Positions 59,365 through 64,000 of a stretch of 64,000 nucleotides of DNA are shown piece by piece; position 1 is the stretch's first letter, and the number at the start of each line of letters is the position of its first letter. The notes beneath the pieces are model-generated. The model was not told the DNA's origin, ran no database searches, and worked only from the letters and a program-made list of their open reading frames with translations. Source of the stretch: Azolla caroliniana (taxonomy: Eukaryota > Plantae > Polypodiophyta); NCBI GenBank assembly GCA_043228905.1, contig JBHGNT010000022.1:2046001-2110000 (forward strand), given 5' to 3'. Both the position numbers and the translations under genes were made by a program.

Positions 59365-62300
59365 TCATGACATTATCCCCCCTTTTCGATGACGAGTTGC
59401 ACGAGTCGGAAGAAAAGAGTTCAGACTTGGTTTATGAGGATATTGGTTGTGAAATGCAACAACCATGTCGGAGGCATTGGCAAGATGTTCGGCAGGCTCC
59501 CATGTTCGATCATTAGGTGTATAGCCTAACCAATCAACCAAGTAGTATAGTTTGTTGCGAATGATCTTGGAGTCGAGGATAGCGGCAACCTCATATTCAG
59601 AGCCATTGGAAACGTCAATTGGAGGTGGGGGAGGTGTAACACGACCCGGAATAGAGCTCGTTGTGTAGGGCTCCAAAAGTGAAACATGGAAGACCGGGTG
59701 AAGACGCATATGAGGAGGAAGATCAAGACGAAATGTCACATCATTGATCTTACCACTTATGACATATGGGCCAAAACGTTGATAATCCAATTTGTAGCAA
59801 GGTCGGGTCGTTTTAATGCTACCTTGTAAGAGCCATACACGATCGCCTACTTGAAATGTAGTCGATGAATCACGCCGATGACGGTCAGCAATCTTCTTTT
59901 GAGTGTTTTGGGCTTCACATAAATGATGCAAAAGCATATCCTGAACTTCTTGGAGTCGAGTGAGCCGATCTTCAGCAGCTGGGTTTTTTGGGAGTTCAGG
60001 ATGTTCAAGCATCGTCCAACGAGGATGGTACCCAATGTTTGCAAAAAATGGGGAATATCCAGTAGAAGAATGCTCGGAGTTGTTATAAGCAAATTCTGCC
60101 AAAGGTAGTAAATCCACCCAATCATCTTGTTGATAGTTGACAAAACAACGTAGATATTGCTCGACTGTTTGGTTGGTGCGCTCACTCTGCCCATTAGTCT
60201 CTGGATGGTAGCCGGAAGAGAGTTTACAAGAAGTATGTAAGAGTTTGAACATGTGCCGCCAAAATTTCGAGATGAATTGGGGACCCCGATCACTGATAAT
60301 ATCATCTGGAAGACCATGATGGCGAAACACCTCCCGCATGAGTAAATCAGCTGTCTCTTGACTAGTAATGGTCTTTGTGCATGGAAGGAAATGTGCCATC
60401 TTCGTAAAACGATCGACAACCGTGAGAATCGAATCAAATCCCTTGGAAGGTGGAAGATCCGTAATAAAGTCCAAGGAAATAGATTTCCATGGGCTCTCCG
60501 GAATAGGCATTGGCTGTAATAAGCCATATGGATGATGTCGAGGCTTTTTTGATCGGCAACATGTATCACAGCTACGAACATAATCCGTAACAAAATGGCG
60601 AAGCCGTGGCCACCAATATCGGCGAGAAATCAACTCAAAAGTCTTGTGGATGCCGAAGTGTCCCGCCATTGGTGTGTCATGACATTGTTGCATGACTTTG
60701 AGTCGAGAAGGACCGTCAGGCACATACAAGAGAGTTTGTCGAAAAAGTAACCCATCATGCCAACTAAACTGGGTGTAGTCTAGACGAGGATTTTGAGTTT
60801 GGGAGCTAGATGCACGATTTGGGATAATATGGCTCAAAACCTCTTGGGCGAACGCATCAGTCGCAATCTGCTCACGAATGGAATCAAGAAGCCTTGAATC
60901 TCCCGGTGTGTTGATGGTATGCATTGCCATTATTCGTAGACGATCAGGACCTAAGAGGATTTGCTTTTGGCTTTCAAATGCGGCCTCTCCAGGTTGAAGT
61001 TCCATATACGAACGTCTAGATAAAGCATCTGCTTTTCCTTGTTGCATCCCAGGGCGATATAGAATTACAAAATCGAAACGAGTTAAGAACTGCGCCCAAC
61101 GAGCTTGTCGTCGATTCAAGACTCGAGCACTTTGAAAGTATGTTAGATTTTTATGATCATTGTAGACAATAATCTGCTGAGAAGAACCCTCCAGAAAATG
61201 ACGCCATTGTTGAAAAGAATCCACAATGGCAAGAAGCTCTTTGTCGTGAATCTCATAGTTGATTTCTGCGGCTTCAAATTTTCGTGAGTGAAAAGCCACC
61301 GGGTGCAGTTCACCATCATCACCAATTTGGGATAGTACACTTCCGAGTGCGAAATCCGATGCATCAGCTTCAAGTATAAAGCGCCTCATTGGATCGACAT
61401 GGATTAAGATTGGTGCGGATGTAAATGCTTGCTTTAAACCCTCAAATGCAGAGTTCGCATCTATACTCCATACAAATGGTCGATTCTTGTGCGTCAGTTG
61501 AGTTAGGGGCAACACAATTTTTGAATAATCTTTGATGAACTTGCGATAGAAGTTTGCGAACCCCAAAAAACATTGCACATCTCGCACGGACTGTGGTGTT
61601 TGCCAATCCAAAATTGTTTGAACCTTTGATGGATCCATAGAGATGCCATTTGAAGAGACTATGTACCCCAAAAACTCCACTTGACATTGGTCGAAACTAC
61701 ACTTCTCCAATTTTGCATAGAGACCATACTCTCGTAGCCGTTGCAAAACTTGGCGAACATGTATATCATGTTCTTCTTGAGTTTTTGAGTAGATCAAGAT
61801 ATCATCCAGGTAAACAATGATGAAGATATCGAGGAAGTCTCGAAAAATATCATTCGCCATATGTTGGAAGACTGCTGGTGCATTCGTGAGGCCAAAAGGC
61901 ATCACTGTGTACTCAAAATGACCATAGCGAGTGCGGAACGCCGTCTTCCATTCATCCCCAGGACGAATTCGAACAAGGTTGTAGGCACCTCGAAGATCTA
62001 ACTTCGTGAAATACTTTGCTTCACTGAGGCGTTCTAGAAGGCTTGAGATCAATGGGAGAGCATATCGGTTTCTAACGGTCACTTTATTCAAGCCTCGATA
62101 ATCCACGACCATACGAAGCGTACCATCTTTCTTCTTAACGAAAAAGATGGGTGCACCAGCAGGAGATTTTGAATGTTGGATAAAACCATTTGCCAAGTTC
62201 TCATTGATATATTCTCGAAGAACCTCTAACTCCGTGGGCGAAAGATTATAAATTGGTCCCCATGGAGGCTCTTTTCCTGGCTGCAAATCAATTGGGCAAT

Positions 62301-62970
62301 CATATGGTCGATGCTCTGGTAGTCTATTAGCCTTCACCTTATCGAACACATCGGAGAATTCTATGTACTTCTTTGGTAGTTGGACCCCCAATTCTTGTGA
62401 GCTAGATGAGGGAGTTGCTAAAACCGCAAATACCATCATGTCTTCCTTTCTTCCATCCTCTCGTAATTGATGTATAGAGATTGTTGAAATTGTGGGGGAT
62501 CCTAGATCCTTAGTTGGAGCTTCAAGAGACTTGGATTGTACGGTGACCTCTTCAATAGTTCTTTTTCTCCAATCAATGGTTGGGTTATGTAACTCAAACC
62601 AAGGAAGACCAAGAACTAGAGAGTGCTCCGGACTACTAATGATGTTAAATGAGATGACACTAGCCAAATTACCTAGGACTACACGAATTGGTTCAGACTC
62701 TTCGACTATATCTCCTGATGCTATAGGGCGACCATCGATGACTCCTACAGCTACTGGGTTTGGGAGTTTTTTCAGGATGATGTTTTGAGTCAATGCAAAC
62801 TCGCGATCCATGAAACAAGAATTGGCTCCGGAATCTAGGAGGGCAGAGGCTAGGGCGCGATGACCTGTAGATGTGCTAAGCTCGACTTGTGCAGAAAAAA
62901 CTCTACTAACTTGATTTGATGAAATGGAACCACAACTAGGTACTGACTCTACATAACTAGGATGGTCCAA
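59365..62970 (-). CDS. chromovirus pol (protease, RT, RNase H, integrase, chromodomain); probably expressed by -1 frameshift from gag
   Basis: LLDSGA, YLDDILI, ADASD, HDTPMAGH..C..C, SDRGPQF, GPY, YEVAAILD..YLVDWLGY..TWEP; 1201 codons open. Confidence 0.95.
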   Translation of the reverse strand: MDHPSYVESVPSCGSISSNQVSRVFSAQVELSTSTGHRALASALLDSGANSCFMDREFALTQNIILKKLPNPVAVGVIDGRPIASGDIVEESEPIRVVLGNLASVISFNIISSPEHSLVLGLPWFELHNPTIDWRKRTIEEVTVQSKSLEAPTKDLGSPTISTISIHQLREDGRKEDMMVFAVLATPSSSSQELGVQLPKKYIEFSDVFDKVKANRLPEHRPYDCPIDLQPGKEPPWGPIYNLSPTELEVLREYINENLANGFIQHSKSPAGAPIFFVKKKDGTLRMVVDYRGLNKVTVRNRYALPLISSLLERLSEAKYFTKLDLRGAYNLVRIRPGDEWKTAFRTRYGHFEYTVMPFGLTNAPAVFQHMANDIFRDFLDIFIIVYLDDILIYSKTQEEHDIHVRQVLQRLREYGLYAKLEKCSFDQCQVEFLGYIVSSNGISMDPSKVQTILDWQTPQSVRDVQCFLGFANFYRKFIKDYSKIVLPLTQLTHKNRPFVWSIDANSAFEGLKQAFTSAPILIHVDPMRRFILEADASDFALGSVLSQIGDDGELHPVAFHSRKFEAAEINYEIHDKELLAIVDSFQQWRHFLEGSSQQIIVYNDHKNLTYFQSARVLNRRQARWAQFLTRFDFVILYRPGMQQGKADALSRRSYMELQPGEAAFESQKQILLGPDRLRIMAMHTINTPGDSRLLDSIREQIATDAFAQEVLSHIIPNRASSSQTQNPRLDYTQFSWHDGLLFRQTLLYVPDGPSRLKVMQQCHDTPMAGHFGIHKTFELISRRYWWPRLRHFVTDYVRSCDTCCRSKKPRHHPYGLLQPMPIPESPWKSISLDFITDLPPSKGFDSILTVVDRFTKMAHFLPCTKTITSQETADLLMREVFRHHGLPDDIISDRGPQFISKFWRHMFKLLHTSCKLSSGYHPETNGQSERTNQTVEQYLRCFVNYQQDDWVDLLPLAEFAYNNSEHSSTGYSPFFANIGYHPRWTMLEHPELPKNPAAEDRLTRLQEVQDMLLHHLCEAQNTQKKIADRHRRDSSTTFQVGDRVWLLQGSIKTTRPCYKLDYQRFGPYVISGKINDVTFRLDLPPHMRLHPVFHVSLLEPYTTSSIPGRVTPPPPPIDVSNGSEYEVAAILDSKIIRNKLYYLVDWLGYTPNDRTWEPAEHLANASDMVVAFHNQYPHKPSLNSFLPTRATRHRKGGIMS

Positions 62971-63009
62971 CCAAATGGCTCCTATTTTGGCCGGACTTAT
63001 TCGTTTAAC
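62956..63009 (-). promoter_or_regulatory. candidate -1 ribosomal frameshift signal
   Basis: G_UUA_AAC, 6-nt spacer, 11-bp stem GUCCGGCCAAA/UUUGGUUGGAC; pol is in the -1 frame. Confidence 0.8.
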
Positions 63010-63998
63010 ACATCCTCTAATTGGCTCAAGACATCAAATCTATTCTCATGGCATGGGCTATTAGGCTTAGTACTTAAGTTATTAGAAGTGATAGTAGAAC
63101 TTGATGTAGGGTTGTCATGTGCACTTACTTGGTAAACTTGACGCCTGGGTTTATGTGGACAATTCACAGCTATATGTCCTGGACCACCACAGTAGAGGCA
63201 TAGGCGATGCGCCCGACGTCGTTGTTTCTCAGCATCTGATAAGGGCCCTCGACGTTGTGTCGACTCTATTTCCATCGGAGTGGGACCATCCCTCGTAACG
63301 GGTCTAGAACCTTGTGGCGGTGTGGTGACTATAGAAGCGTATGTCTGTTCCGGTTGGCGGCGTAACATTTGTTGACGTTCAGAACGTCGCTCAAATAGGC
63401 GATTATCACATCGCACAGCTCGGCTAATAGCTTCAGTAAGAGACTTTGGATCTTCATGGAAAGTAAGAAGAAGATCTTTGACATCGTTACGCAAACCCTG
63501 ACGGAATTGATCCATTAAGGCTGCCTCATCCCAAGGGATGTCGCATGCCAAGAGACGGAAATCTGCGGCATAAGCTGAAGCGGGACGATCTCCTTGTCGG
63601 AGTCTTCGAATCTTGTTTATTGCAGTCCTAGTGCTATCCGTATCTCCAAAACTAGCTTGAAACTCCTTAACGAATGCCTCGAAATCCTCCAGTAATGGTG
63701 ATTTCTTCTCAAGAAGTGGTGCAAACCATGCTAACGCTGTACCGCTTAGCAAGGTTCCTATTAATCCCACACGGGCAGCATCAGTTGGATACCGATTGGG
63801 ATGTAACTGAATCACCAAACGAACTTGATTCAGGAAACCTCGAAAGAGAGATCTGGTACCATCAAACTTGGCAGGGAGGCTAATCTTTGGTTCCCTTGGG
63901 GAGTTTTGAACCCCCGCCGCTTGTTCTCGTAATGTTAATATAGTAGCCTCAAGTTGATGAACCCGTTGTGATAACTCCTCATATTGATGAGCTTTCTC
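62997..63998 (-). CDS. chromovirus gag (partial, runs off the window)
   Basis: PAKFDGTR, LRQG..YAADF, PTPMEI, CLYCGGPGHIAVNC; frame is open to the window edge. Confidence 0.92.
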   Translation of the reverse strand, partial: EKAHQYEELSQRVHQLEATILTLREQAAGVQNSPREPKISLPAKFDGTRSLFRGFLNQVRLVIQLHPNRYPTDAARVGLIGTLLSGTALAWFAPLLEKKSPLLEDFEAFVKEFQASFGDTDSTRTAINKIRRLRQGDRPASAYAADFRLLACDIPWDEAALMDQFRQGLRNDVKDLLLTFHEDPKSLTEAISRAVRCDNRLFERRSERQQMLRRQPEQTYASIVTTPPQGSRPVTRDGPTPMEIESTQRRGPLSDAEKQRRRAHRLCLYCGGPGHIAVNCPHKPRRQVYQVSAHDNPTSSSTITSNNLSTKPNSPCHENRFDVLSQLEDVLNE

Positions 63999-64000
63999 AG

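Larger units (their letters stand above)
58824..64000 (-). mobile_element. Ty3/gypsy chromovirus (Tcn1/sushi-like), young; 5' end beyond the window
   Basis: 3' LTR 58824-59372 (TGTCATGA...CACGACA on the minus strand), PPT aaaagggggga, intact pol with chromodomain, gag with CCHC. Confidence 0.95.

Noticed and set aside
59847-60593. 248-aa overlapping ORF inside the chromovirus integrase
   Set aside because: Alternative-frame ORF without motifs; plausible by chance within a long coding region.

Overview
Plant nuclear DNA, probably from a non-seed vascular plant such as a fern or lycophyte (inferred from the TE lineages; not provable here). Bases 1-40.5 kb are one deeply nested transposon stack. 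A decayed LINE holds a Ty1/copia, which holds a long Ty3/gypsy with an extra 3' ORF. That gypsy holds a LINE, several copia elements (one intact, 1357 aa), a tRNA-Trp-primed gag-only element and a hAT MITE. Two host genes lie at 41-49 kb on the + strand. One is a 5-exon Alfin-like PHD-finger gene with a GC-AG intron. The other is a 3-exon BAG-family derivative that keeps its ubiquitin-like domain, appears to lack the BAG domain and carries a PP1-docking-type RVxF motif; a telo-box minisatellite precedes it. Bases 55.4-64 kb hold a copia interrupted by a near-intact chromovirus with a candidate -1 frameshift signal and a tRNA-like A/B-box segment in its LTR. All coordinates and counts were read by eye; no searches were run.
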